Notes under the pieces: model-generated
Seen by the model: the letters and a program-made list of their open reading frames with translations, nothing else
Database searches by the model: none
Told to the model about the DNA's origin: nothing
Translations under genes and position numbers: made by a program
Assembly (NCBI GenBank): GCA_973895155.1
Contig: OZ316899.1
Span: 9,732,287-9,796,286, forward strand
DNA from: Marsupella aquatica
Lineage: Eukaryota; Plantae; Marchantiophyta
Direction: 5' to 3'
Length of the DNA: 64,000 bases
Shown here: one piece after another, positions 51,893 to 64,000 of the stretch
Layout: each line of letters starts with the position of its first letter
Position numbering within the stretch: the first letter of the stretch is position 1

Positions 51893-54800
51893 GTGCTATG
51901 TCTGCATTTGTAAGCTGTAAAGTCAACATTTCATCACGAAAGCATTTATACCAGATCCGGCCGCTCTGTTTGAGGCCCGTTTATTGATCTCATTACTTGT
52001 ACTGCATATGTTGGCTTCGGTATCTGCTTCTTATTTTGTTGATTGACATGTTGGGGTGGATGAAGTCCACTGTCTTTTGGGGATGGTTTTCCCTTATTTG
52101 TTTGGTACCATTTCAAGGACTCAGTAGGAGCTTCCCTTGCTTCTAACCCGGCTGTAGGCTGGTTAGGTTGGGGTCGTATCCCATGGGTGTTCTGGACAGT
52201 AGGTCCTTTGTTTGGCTTAGCCGTGATCTGCTTAAGGCCTGATTGCAGGTCTGGATGTTGGTTGCGGGCTTCTCCCCCTGAATATGAAACTTGACTCTTG
52301 TAATTAGTTTAGGAGGGGCTTGCATATATATTTCAGTATCCATAATACCGTACAAGTATGCCGTGACTACGTCCATAAGGTGCATTACTAGTTTGTGAAT
52401 CAAAGCAAAAGCGATCATATAGCGGTATGTGATTGAGTCCATAACGGGGGAATACGTGAGGTCATAGTCTCGACCATAAATCTGGGTGTATCCTTTCGCC
52501 ACCAGTCGAGCTTTGTATCTGATGACCTCTCCTTTCGCATTCCTTTTTTGCACAAAGGTGAATTTGTATCCTGTTAGGCTCCTTTCTGGTGGGGCCAGTG
52601 AGATCGGGCCAAATACATGGCTCTTAATGAGCGAATCTAACTCCAAATTTATTGCCTCCTGCCATAGTGGCCAGTCTTCTTTGTTCTGAGCTTCCTGTAC
52701 AGTAAGTGGATCAGGGGTATCGTTAGTAATTTCCTGTGAAATGAGGAAGGCGAATTGGTCATCAACTTTGGTATATGCTCGCTGCCACACATTTCCTGTA
52801 TGCATATACTGGATGGAGATTTCATTGTTGTCCTATGATGGGATTGTTATAGCTTCTTCACTGGTATTGTCGATATTCTCTGTGGTAGTTGTAGTGGTGG
52901 CATTCCTCTTCTGCCTAGGTTGACTATCTTTAGATCCAAGGGGGCGGCCCCTCTTAGTTCTTGGTGGGGCATCGGCTGCTTCTGTTTGTTGAGGTTGAAT
53001 TCGTGCTGGTACATTTGCAGCCTCAATGTGGGATCGGGTCCCAGTAGCAACATCATTGAATGCGTCAGGTAATGTGTGCAGCATCTGGTTTAAATGTAAG
53101 GTACGTGTTATCTCTTCATCTGCTTGTTTTGTCCTTGGGTCGTTGCGTAGTAGAGCTATTGTTTCCCATTTTAGCTGAGGTACTACTACTGAGTCTTCTT
53201 GCTTTCTGGTTGTTAGTTTTGGATAAACATTTCAAAGAAGTGGCAATCCTGAAATCTGGCTTTATAGACATCTCCTGTTGTAGGTTCTAAGAATCTTATA
53301 ATAGATGGAGAATCAAAGCCTACGTAAATTCCTATTTGGCGCTGGGGACCCATCTTGGTTCGTTTAGGTCCCAAGATGGGAACTAGTACTTGGCATCCGA
53401 ATGTTTTCAGGTGGGAAACGTCTAGTGGTAAGCCGTATGCTAGATGATGTGGGGACAGGGAATTGAAGGATGAAGGCCTATACTGTAGTAGGGATGCTGC
53501 ATGAAGGATTGCATGTCCCCATACCGTGGCTGGTAATTTGGTTTGCATCAACAGTGGGCGTGCAATAAGTTGTAGTTGTTTAATAGCGGATTCCGCCATC
53601 CCATTTTGTGAGTGGACATATGGGACAGGGTACTGGGCTTCTATCCTAGCTGTGAGCCAGAAATCATTATTGAATGTATTTGAGGTGAATTCTCTTGCTC
53701 CGTCTACTCTGAGGATTCGTATAGGGTTGTCCGGGAACTGAGTTTTCAGCTTCAGTATATTTACTAGGATTCGTGAGAATACTAGATTTCTTGTGGATAG
53801 TAGGGACACCTGTGACCACTTAGATGATGAGTCAATCATGACTAGGAAGAACCTAAAGGGGCCACTAGATGGTTCTATAGGGCCGCAGACGTCAGCGTTG
53901 AGTTGTTCTAAAAATTTGGGGATAGCATATACCGTTTTGTAATTGATGGGCGAGTTATAAGTTTGCCTTGTGAGCATGCTAGGCAGGGTTGCTGTTGTGT
54001 GGGTGTTTTTGCCGCTAGCGGTATACCCACCGAGTCTTTAATAATTTTATGGTACATTGTTGTCCCAGGGTGTCCCAGGCGGTTATGCCAGGTGATGGAT
54101 ATGTTTTGCTTGGTAGGTTTTGTATAGTGTGATTGTATTCTTGTGACATACAATCCTGGAGGTTCGGCTGAGAATGTTTCTTGGATATGTAATCCTTTTT
54201 CAGTTTTCTTTATAATCTGGAGGACTTCTCTCCTGTTTTGTATACTTGTATAAATATGCAGGTTATTTGCCCTTATGTCTTGGAAACTGATCAGATTTCT
54301 GGTGGCTGTGGGTGCATATATGGCTGATTCGATGTGGATGACTGTCCCTCTCGGGAATATGACAGTAGCTGGTCCGTGGCCATGTTCAATCTGTTTCTGG
54401 CCAGAGATCGTGGTAATGGTTTGGGATGAGGGTGTGATGTGACTGAAATGTCTTTTCTCTTTTAAGATGGTATGTGATGTGCCGCTGTCCAGTATAAAGA
54501 TGGTTGGGTCTTTTAGGTAGGTGGTATTTTTGTCATGGGTAGTGATGTATGTTTCCGGTGAAGTGGGTTCGGTCACATATTGTGTGAGATCTTGTGGTAA
54601 TTCAAGGAAGTTTCCCTGGGGTTCTTTGGGGGAATTGTTAATATTGTTCTGGTAAAGTTTAACTAGATGTAAGGGGGCTCTACAATCTTTTATGGCATGT
54701 CCAAGTGTACCGCATCGGAAACATTTAGTAGGGTTGTTTCTCTTATCTGATATGCCGTAGTTGTTAGTTCTTCCTCTCCCTCTGCCGCGTTCATTTCCTC

Positions 54801-55559
54801 TATTCTGCCACTGTTGCCGGTTGTTTGGGGAGTTAAACGTACTTCCTGCGCCCCTTCTGCTTTGGAATTGGGTTCTGCTTCTGCCTGCAAAACGTCCACC
54901 TCTCCCCCTGAAGGTACCCCTCCCCCTGTATCCCCTTTGGTTTTGACTGTTATATTGTGTTTCAGGTTTTGGTATGGGCGGGAGAGTACCTGGGGGTCTT
55001 GTCTTTGAGTTTTCAAGCAATAATATTTGGTGCTTCTTGGCTAATAGCATATGTGCAATTAGCTGGGAGTATCTTGTAAACGCCATGTTTTGGTATTGCG
55101 AGGCTAATACCAAATTTGTTGCATGAAATGTTGACAGGGTCTTCTCAATCTGCTCCACATCGTCTACCGGGTGCCCACAGACCGTGAGTTGTGATATGAT
55201 TCGAAACAATTCACTGTTGTATTCGGCGACGGTCTTGTGGTCTTGGACCCTTAAATTTATCCAATCATGTCTCGCCGCTGGGAGGAAATTAGCCGCATAT
55301 GATCAAACCAAAGTTGCAATTCATCCCATAACACTCTTGGATTATATTCGTTTAAGTATTGAGTTTTTAGGGCGTCAGCTAGGTGATGCCTTATGAAACC
55401 AAGTGCCTTCGCTTTCTCTTGAAGTGTGGGCCCATTGTCGGTGATTGTAGAGTCTTGTAGAGATTTAGCGGCTAAGTGGGCCTCCATATCCATTGACCAT
55501 GTTAAATAATTTGATCCGTCAATGGCTAATTCTCGGAAGCTGAGTTTTTCTAGAGACAT
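51893..55559 (-). pseudogene. Copia A gag-protease-integrase-RT N-terminal part
   Basis: CFRCGTLGH knuckle, ILDSGTSH, WHNRLGHP...CLAC, ADVCGP, RVDGARE, QNGMAE, YKARLVAKGY and LMDVVTAYL. Confidence 0.93.
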
Positions 55560-55776
55560 TGTTGCCTCAATTGATGTAGTCTCCTTCAATTGCTTCGCCG
55601 CTCAATCTGAGAGTATTCTAATGTATATTCTTCAATATTTTGTGTGCAACTTCTGTTGTTCCCCCCTCTGTATTTGTGCAATTTGTTCTTTGATTGAATG
55701 TGCGGGAAAATTCTTCCGATTTCAATCCTTCCTCTTTTTCATGGTCTACATCTATTGCTCAGGAAAAAAAATGAGA

Positions 55777-55789
55777 CGTGCTGATAACG
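55777..55789 (-). promoter_or_regulatory. Copia A primer-binding site (half tRNA-Ile type)
   Basis: CGTTATCAGCACG on the minus strand abuts the 5' LTR. Confidence 0.78.
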
Positions 55790-55953
55790 TGTTACAAGGA
55801 GGATACCATAGCCAACAAGTTGCTCCAACCTCCAACATTTACTAATGATCTCAATCTTAGATACACATGTGAGGTTATAGGAAGGTGGTTGTATAACCGC
55901 TCCTTAACCTATGTAGTTAGGGTTAAATCTAGGGTTAGCTTTAACTCATAACA
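55790..55953 (-). repeat. Copia A 5' LTR (164 bp)
   Basis: TGTTA...TAACA termini, matching the split 3' LTR. Confidence 0.93.
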
Positions 55954-55986
55954 GTAGTGGAATTCCTCCATTTTTCATATGAATAG

Positions 55987-58408
55987 TGTCAAGGCATTGT
56001 GAGTAGGTGATGTAATCTAGTTGCAGAACTTGACTACCTTAACACTTAGCTCTGGCATCGCTGACTCCGACGTCGAGCTCCCTTATGGTCCAAGCCCGGG
56101 TAGGCCATCCGAGGAGGACTTAGCATGGGGAGATTTGTAGGCAATGAGACGTGGCACTAGCGAAGGGCAAGGAGCCAAGCTGGTGATACACATTAAGGAC
56201 TTAGGCTAGCTGAGAGGAGGTTGGGTCAAGGGGAAAAGGGGTCGGGCTCAACCCGTCCAGACCCCCAGACGGACCCCAGACAAACTTTGAGTTCTGAGGG
56301 ATTGAGTGTGAGCTCCTCTTGGGCCCAAAGCCAATGGAGTTGACGCCATGGGCAACGGACGTTTGGGACGTGAGTTATGGCCCAATCGGGGACCCCAAGC
56401 GGCAATGAGACGTAAGGGCCTAGGCGTGAGCACCAGGTTGGTTCAATCACAATAGGCTAAGGCACTCCGCTTGCGAACGTCTAACGAGAAAGTTATGGGC
56501 GTTGCCAGTTGGTGGCGCGCCGACTATGCCCGATAGGATCCGGTTTGGAGGCCAAATGTTTAGAGACCAAAGTTGGTCCGGGGGCAACATGTCTCTAGAA
56601 GCATATATGAGGGGAGTGGTGTCTCCTTGGGGGCCAAGGGAGAGCCAAAGTCGTGAGCCGCGACGGTCGCGACACTAAGGGAAAGCGCCAAACAAGAACA
56701 CCGATATCTTCCGAACGGGAAGTCCATTGGAGGACCACTTGGGGGCATTGGACAAGCTTGGGACAAGCTTTAGGACAAGCTATGCTATTTGGGCCATGAG
56801 CATGTCCTGGGGTCAGGGCGGTTAGTTGATGATGGATAGGTACGAGGGGGAACCCGGGCCGTGCCCAAGGAAGGAGTTGTTCTGGACGCACAATGGGCGT
56901 GGGTTCTGGTTCCGGCTTATGGCATTGGGAGGACCTATCACTGACCTATTTACCAACATCTATTGAGCTTGAGTTAGGATGCTAGACTTGGCAAGTTCTA
57001 GATCCTGAAGGGTTACTTACCAAGGTGCTTGGTTGCTTGTGTAGATAGTGAGGACCGTTGAGTAGCGGTCGTGTTAGAGAACAAGTGTGGCTTTGTATGG
57101 GACGGGCCGCTGGCGGTGCAAGGGGCACTAGGTTGCTTGCTTAAGGTATTCCGTGGAGGCGTTTGGGCACCAAGGGCACTTAGGCGTGAGTGTTGGGATT
57201 GGTGAGGGTGTTGGGTGGCAAGGTCCACCACTAATCTTCATTGGGTCATTTTGGAGTAATGGTGTGTCATTAGTGCCAAAGACTGCAGTAAGGGTAATTT
57301 TGGCACTCATTTTGGATGTCATTTGTGCCAAGTGACGGCATATGGGTCATTAGAGAGGTCCCTCATGGTGTCATTATGGACCATCAGAAATGACCCTTTT
57401 GGGTCTCTGAGCTTAAGGTGGCCCTAGTGTGCCATGGGGCCCTACATGAAGGTGGAAACCTCTTCACTAGGTGAGGAATAGTCGCGGAACTCGACTACCT
57501 TAACACTTAGCTCCGGCGTCGCTGACTCCAACGCCAAGCTCCCTTATGGTCCAGGCCTGGATAGGCCATCCAGGGAGGACTTAGCATGGGGAGATGTCAT
57601 TGGGGTGGAGCACAGGGAAGCAACAAACCCCAGTCGGGATCATGTATCCGGACCAGTCTTCTCCCTTGATGAGTGTTGTGCTTGACTTAAGATGCGCGGA
57701 TTAGCGTATAATTTTAACTAACAATCCTCTTTCGAGTGAACCCTTCTATTGCCTTGGGTTACAAGGCTTTATCCTAACCAATTCTAATTATTGATAACAT
57801 TCTCTACGACCCTTGTACTACTACTACTACTACACTACTGCATGGAAAGCCCCTCGGAGATTCAAAGGTCTTACCCACCATTGATCAAAAAGAGGTGTCA
57901 AGACATGGATCAATCTGCAGAAATGCACAGTTCTCGGGGTCCTAACTTTCAGTTTTGGAACCTTTTTCACGGGTTTCCACACTTGTCATCCTATCATGAT
58001 AGTATCCGGACCAGGTATAGGGCGGTGAGTTTAGCCTAGGTTTATAATGGGCATCCCCTCAAGGCGCTCTACTTTGTCCAAACCTCCACCAAGCACCTCT
58101 TCACTCTAACCACGGGGTCACAAGATGGTACTTCAATAGCATAGGACAACTTTTTTTGGCAGTATCCGGACCACTCGGGGGATAGGGGAACAAGGGAACT
58201 TACCTCAGCCACCCCCGGACAGTTCGTATCCTACCTGGTGCACTGTAAACAAGGGCCCTTGTCCGTTGGGTAATTCCAGAGGACGGAGACAAGAGACAAG
58301 CATGGGGGTTAATTTCCAGCAAGACCCCTAAGCTTATCTCAACACTGCGGCTCTTCATCCTTACTCTTGTTGTAGGCGAGACACATAGTCATATATCCGA
58401 CCTTGACA
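55987..58408. mobile_element. Probable 2.4-kb LTR of another family, without a matching TSD
   Basis: Perfect 8-bp inverted termini TGTCAAGG...CCTTGACA. Non-coding, with an internal direct repeat of about 110 bp (56023-56134 and 57484-57595). Confidence 0.55.
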
Positions 58409-58741
58409 CCGGTTTAGATAGTCTACAATGCAGGGGAAACGCCTCCTGTTGTTACTATTGTCAGTATCGGAACCCTACTTCCTCAACAACAATCTTCACT
58501 GAGCATTCAACAAGGACTGACTTATCAGAATGGGAAAAGAACATTGCACATCAACGCGGTTCTACTTGCAAGAATGCACGCCATGTAACTGAATAATGTT
58601 CACCCCCTTAACCACTTTAGTCTAAGGGGGTTAAATACTTTACAATTGTCCTAAGAATGGGGCAATGGCCACCTTGATTCTAACAAACTATCTCCTCTTC
58701 CTAACCAAGAGCTATTCGTCGCTCTTACAATTTTCTTCTCA

Positions 58742-59143
58742 CATAGGCGGCGGCTCTAATTCTCTTTCATGCGCGGCCTCCCACTCAGCTGCCTCTGCAT
58801 CTCTTGCCATCACTGCATTAATTTGATGACAAGCCCAGCGCTGGCGATGCAACTCATTCTGCTGCCTTAGGTATTACTCTTCCCTCTCCCCCGGCGTCTC
58901 GCCCGTGATCACCCACCAGTTGTGGTATTCTTCATAAACATTAGTTTCCCACTCCTCTTCTAGCTTGATTTCCTCATTCACGGTGTCAGGATTGGGTTGG
59001 TATACCATGATGTACGCCCGAGTGGGCGCTGGTGGTCCTTCGCATCTAATTATGGGGTCTTCCCCCTTCAAGAACTTGGCATCTATTAATAGATTGTACA
59101 TCCGCACGGCTGCTGGTCCCGCCCAACTATCTAGCTTCCACAT
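58742..59143 (-). pseudogene. 3' end of an unidentified ORF, truncated by the LTR at 59144
   Basis: Protein-like reading (WKLDSWAGP...EEEWETNVYEEYHNWW...) continues past one stop to ELEPPPM. Family not recognised. Confidence 0.35.
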
Positions 59144-62100
59144 TGTGATGCCTTGCCAAGATCACGAAGTGATATCTAAGCCTAAAAAAAATGGCTAAAT
59201 AAGGTTAGATAGAGAGTATAAGGTAACAATAAAGACCGATGCCGATTTCTACGTGTGGATAATAAAGGAAAGGATCCAACGGTTGAGATCCAGCGGATTG
59301 GAGTTATGACCTAATCCATGCTTGATCACAAGGACCCCTAAGTGGCGGCTTCGGAGTAAGGTGACCAATACTCTGCCATTTTGCATTCTCGTGTACACGG
59401 TTTCAAAATTGAGGAGTGACTGTCAATCAAGTGCTAAGGTGGATTGGGAGATTGAGCAAGTTCTTGGCATTTGGTGGAATGAACACGGTGAATCAGGCAG
59501 GGAAGTTTTGGGACTGTTTGCTTGAAGAAGCAAGGCAGCTGATACCTACGTATGAAGACGTTGAGCCGGAGCACGCAACCAGAGAACAAGCGAAGCTTGC
59601 GCGATTGTGGGGAATTCACAAAACGGCATTCGTAGATACGGAGGAGGTGTTGGAAAAGTTCTCGTGGACACCCACCAATGCGGAGCTTGATGAATTGCTG
59701 ATCCGGGAGAATAAGGTCGTGGGGATTAGGGAGGCAATCAAGAACGCAGGGCAGCCACTTTGGGAATTGAAGGGTCACACTGCGAAGTGGACAAAGGAAG
59801 CCATTCTTGGGGAGTATTTAGGCGCTGAAGAGATGAAGCGGAAGGGAGGTTTGGCATCCGCCACTCCAGCAAAGCGAACTAGGTCGGAGAGACCAATCAA
59901 GATGGAATCTGGGCCAGTTAGAGATCGGGCTGTAGAGGATAAAACCATGACAGAGTGGGCAAACAGGTTATCTACCGATTTACAATTACAATTTGCAAGA
60001 GATGAGGATGAGGTCTTCAGTGCCGTTCAGGATAATAAATATGCAAGATATATGAATGACACTGGGTTGGAGGGCTTTGTCAGGTTGTCCTGGAGGATGG
60101 TAGACATACCAGATGAGGATCTGTTGGACTTCGTGGGAGGCTTCTTCCAACACGACGCTGCTGTATGGAAAGGTGTTCGAACTAACACCTGCGCTTATCG
60201 AAGCCATCTCGCTTTACCAACAGGAAGGAAGACTAAGGTGGAGCAGAGGAAGACATTGCCGGATGACCAGTTCAGGTCATTTCTAGGGCCTTCCACTAAG
60301 AATGGGTTTTTCAGGAATCAATGTACCAACCCGCATATAGGGCAGCTGATTGATTTCCTGAGAGTCACGTTGCATTGTACCTTGCCGAGAGCAGAAATCG
60401 GCAAGGCCCAGGTATTTTTGGTGGAGAATATCGATGCAAGCCAAGACTACAACGGCTATCTCTTAATGCAGTTGAAGAAGGCATTAAATGAAGAGAAGCA
60501 GAGCATTGGGGAGGGAGCAGTATCCAAACTAGGGTACCATCTACAATTACTTTGCCGATATGCAAGAAGCCAGTCTTTTGCACCGGTGTTGCCTATACAG
60601 GAGCGGATGCCGATCACTGCACCACTTGAGGAGGTGGAGGAGGACAAGGAGCCTCTAAGCAAACGATGCCACGGGAGGAGGTTGGCAACACCGGCAACAC
60701 GAGAACGGGAGCATTCCCCTATCAAGGAGCCAGAGGCAGTAACATATGATGTAGTGAGAAATCCGTTGCGCCGGCCTACTCGTAATAATCCATATGCAGG
60801 CATCCAATTGGTCGAAAGGAAGATGACTGCCGAAGAGAGAAAGAAATATGATGAGCGAATGGATTCGGAGACAGATGAGGAGGTAAGCCAAAGCCAGGAG
60901 AGGCCGGTATTAAGAGCTTCTAACAGAGCCCAAGTGGAGGGACCTGTGGAGGAAAGTCAACCAGCAGCAGCCCAACAATATTTGGAGGAAGAGATCGGGG
61001 GCTTTGGAGGAGAGGTCATCATGCTAGGTAGTCAGGTTAATGTGGATGATTACGACGACAACTATGTCGATCACGGGGAGAGGCCGGTACCAGGAGTTAG
61101 AACGATGGGAAGGTTTTGTAGAAGACTTCCCGCAGTCTTCTATGGGAAGCCGGAGGACCAGAAAACACCAGAATCTCCTCCACCAGATGTGACGCCATTG
61201 GATTTTGACAAGATGAAGGAAGCTGAAGCCGGGCTACAAGAGAGGATTAAGGAGTGGGGGGCCCGAAATGCAGAACAGGAATGCCAGCTACCAAGAGGAG
61301 AGTGGCCGGAAGAAATAAGACGGCTTAGTGAGAGGCAGGCCAAACCTCTCATTGACTTCAATCAATTACGGGCAGAGGCTTGGGAGAGACGACCTCGATG
61401 GCAGATGTCAGTATCACCTGGGAGGTCAAACTATGCAAGAAATTGGGCTAAGGAGTATGGAGACATGTGTGGACTCTTAGCCTTAGAAATCTTCGGTAAC
61501 GAGTTGGAATCCGGGCCATTTCTTAGAAAAGAAGTGGCTGATCAAACGAGACTGGAGGAGGCAATGACGTTGGAGCGGTTAAAGAAAGAGGAGGTAATCG
61601 CTCGGCTTCGCTCCATGGAAGCCAAAGTTGCCAAGACAAAGTTTGGTCAACCAAGCAGCAGGAATTGGAGGTGGTGAACAACCAATTGGAAAACTACCAA
61701 TTAGATAACCAGCAGATCAAGGAAAAATTGACAAAGGTAGAGCTGGAGTTAGCCGATTCAAAAGCAGAAGTACAGGGTCTAAATCGCCAGGTCGAGAGGC
61801 TCAGAAAGATGGCTAAGGATCAGGCCACCCAGAGCGAGAAGGCCTTGGCAGAAGCCCAAAGGAAGTATGACAAGTTACTCGACCGGTTGGAGGCCATGCG
61901 TGAGAAGCATGATGACGCCATGTGCACAGCGGCTAATGATCACCTAAACCGGGTTCAACAGATACGCAAGGAGCTTCAGGAGGAGCTAACCAAGACAAAG
62001 TAGGCATGGACGGACGAGGTCACAAAACTGGAAGGCATCAACAACTCCTTGAAAGCAGCCGTAGATAAGCAAGAGTTGGAGATCATGCAGATCTTAAATG

Positions 62101-63721
62101 AGGAGCTGAAGATGGCCAGGTCCAAGATACAACGGCTTAACGATGAAGTTGAAGACGTATCTCAGGAATTGGAGGAGGCCAGGGATAAGATGTTGGGGTT
62201 GCAGAAGCATGTCGACAATCAAACGGAGAAATTGAAGAAGTATGCCAAAGCGGGATATGGGTCACCAACTGAAAGGCTTCCCGTCAGTAGTATGGTAGGC
62301 GGAAATACAGTGAAGCCGAAGCTGAAGCCGAGCTCATTGTTGTCAAGCGTGACTGGGGGCAAAGCCATGCAGTTGGTAGCAGATTTGGCAAAGACGTTCA
62401 TGGGGCCAGGCAACAATAAAGTTAAGCCCCTTAAAGCCACTCCGGAGGAAGTCGAGAGCATGGCCGCTCACATTTGTGGTACTGTGGCCCTGAAGGCAGC
62501 TGTGGTAGAGGTAAGTACTACGGATCAACTTGGAGCTGCGGTAACAGGTTCAGACGATGGTACTGCTTCTATGGACGCCCAGAACGTGAAGCCGTGGGTT
62601 ATCGAGACCGAGCGCATCGGGGAGCAGACTTGGATTGAGGAAGTTAAGGCAAAAGCTCTCCAAGCCGTTTCCCAAGAGGATGTCGATGCAGCAGCCGATG
62701 CCGAGGCCGACAAACTAGAACCCAAAGTCGAGGAAGCCGAAGGGGTCAAGCCGGAGCCGATGGCAGGAGAAGGTGCAGAGTCGGAAAATTCGGACTTACC
62801 CCCAGTCATCTGACAATTAAGGAGGGCCAGTCATCGGTTGGAAGGAGGACGTGGCGGCAAGAGAAGGGCTTGGGCCAGAAGGGCGTGGCCGTTGTAGGAT
62901 GGGACAGGGCAAGTAGTGCCCTGTCGGCTTAGGTAGTATTAGATGCTCGGTTCACACAGGGTTCCGGGCTAGTCAAGTTTTTTAGGTGATAGTTTTTTAG
63001 TAGGATTACCGCGGTGGAAGGCCGTGAGTTGTGGTTAGGATTTCCGCCTTTTCCCCTGAACGCGCTGCAAGGATAAAAACTTGGGCAGCGTGGCCCGAGG
63101 GCTTTTTCTTAGTCAAGGCTTTAGTGTAAATCTGTATTGTTGTGAGCACAGGAAGCTCTCGGCTAAATCTAGACCGCAGGGTATCAGTAAACCACCAGTT
63201 CCCTTGGATTTCTGAGTAATTGATTGAATTGAGTTGGCCTCGTTGCATAGTTCGCAGATTCTTGCCATCCAAGAAGTTGAGTGTTATGATATCTGTTGCT
63301 TGATTGATTTAAGTCAGATAGGGGGAACTGTTGAGCAAAATACAATTGCATTGTCTTGGTTGGAGACTGTCCAATCAAACTCTAAGAGAAAAGTGAGGAT
63401 TGAGAGTGTTTAGTCGGTGAAGTGTGGGTTGAGTCAGTCTCAAAAAGACCTTCAGTCGGCTTAAGAAATTAAGCCGTAGGGGTACATTCTGGGGGCGGAA
63501 TACAAATATACCTGAAGAAGTTAAAAGAGGAATTAGGTGTCTCAGTTGTGCACAATTCACAAGCCCAGTGAAAGAATCGGTCCGGTAAGTGTGGATCGAA
63601 GGAGAGGATCGTGCTTCCAAACCGAATAGCTGCCAAAGGGCAAGAGGACGAACATAAACGAGTGGTTTATGATTGACTGAGGGTAGTTCTTTGGGTTAGA
63701 GGTCTTGGAAAACGCGCCACA
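59144..63721 (+). mobile_element. Giant Gypsy solo LTR (4,578 bp), ORF-bearing subfamily 2, copy 2
   Basis: TGTGATGCC...AACGCGCCACA termini, collinear with 6793-11783. The flanks (CACAT and AGCAG) do not match. Confidence 0.88.
59416..62813 (+). pseudogene. LTR-internal long ORF (about 1,130 codons), least decayed copy
   Basis: ORFs 59416-61677, 61665-62003 and 62049-62813 join via a frameshift and a stop. Long heptad-rich coiled coil and an acidic tail. Confidence 0.82.
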
Positions 63722-64000
63722 AGCAGCAGCACCATTAGTCGTCGAGCAAGCAACTTATATTAGCCAAAATCTTGTAAGTAATGGTAAGCATCATCAACGG
63801 CCTCCAATCACTCAGATGCCGCTTGTCAGTGTTTTTGGGGATAAAGTGGATCACTCCATCCTTGATGCCATAAGAAATATGACCAGTCCTCCAAAAGGCA
63901 CAGATCATATCATAGAAATCAACTTTCACAAAATCCCAAGAGGCCCTCAAGACCTCGACGGTCATACCATCCACTCTAGGCGCCTTGTCATTGGGTAGCA
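63722..64000 (-). mobile_element. L1 LINE ORF2 (RT region) fragment
   Basis: DGMTVEVLRASWDFVKVDFYDMICAFWRTG...DWRPL..LTITYKILA is closely similar to ORF2 at about 24750-24965. Confidence 0.88.

Larger units (their letters stand above)
6742..55953 (-). mobile_element. Ty1/Copia LTR retrotransposon A, Bianca-like, host of the nested insertions
   Basis: 164-bp LTRs (55790-55953, and 6742-6792 plus 11789-11901) with 1 mismatch. TSD GTAGT at 6737-6741 and 55954-55958. PBS next to the 5' LTR and PPT at about 11902-11910. Gag SLEKLSFRELAIDGSNYLTW and RNase H GFIKGDRIKHIAPK are Bianca-type. Confidence 0.93.

Noticed and set aside
58602-58631. ACCCCCTTA...TAAGGGGGT hairpin as a terminator or PPT-LTR boundary
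   Set aside because: The stem is only 9 bp and there is no second copy or TSD to support a boundary.
59416-62813. Host coiled-coil gene (myosin/SMC-like)
   Set aside because: It occurs four times in this window, always inside LTR boundaries, and no introns are apparent.

Overview
This is a eukaryotic window, most likely from a non-seed land plant (inferred from the element lineages), and it is made almost entirely of nested, partly decayed transposons. No host gene was recognised. From left to right: the 3' part of a CACTA element (to 6033); then a Bianca-type Copia (6742-55953, TSD GTAGT) swollen to 49 kb. Its 3' LTR holds a giant solo LTR, which itself holds a MITE. Its RT holds a second Bianca Copia (13467-51887, TSD GCAGG). 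That Copia holds a Mutator-like element (13554-31452, with a full-length L1 inside its transposase) and an Athila/Phygy-like Gypsy with 4.7-kb LTRs (hit by two further solo LTRs). More LTRs and an L1 fragment close the window. Two things stand out. (1) The MULE carries, head-to-head with its GCM-like/DDE/SWIM transposase, a spliced gene fusing a ParB/Srx-like domain to a beta-class N4C/N6A methyltransferase-like domain. The element is also studded with about 17 copies of a 15-bp palindrome (TAGCGCCWGGCGCTA), almost all non-coding, which its 369-bp MITE relative also retains. This is a candidate ParB/parS-like, transposon-encoded epigenetic system. (2) The Gypsy family encodes a protein of about 1,100-1,200 aa inside the LTR itself, so each solo LTR is a complete gene copy. 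All domain calls come from motif recognition by eye; no database searches were run.
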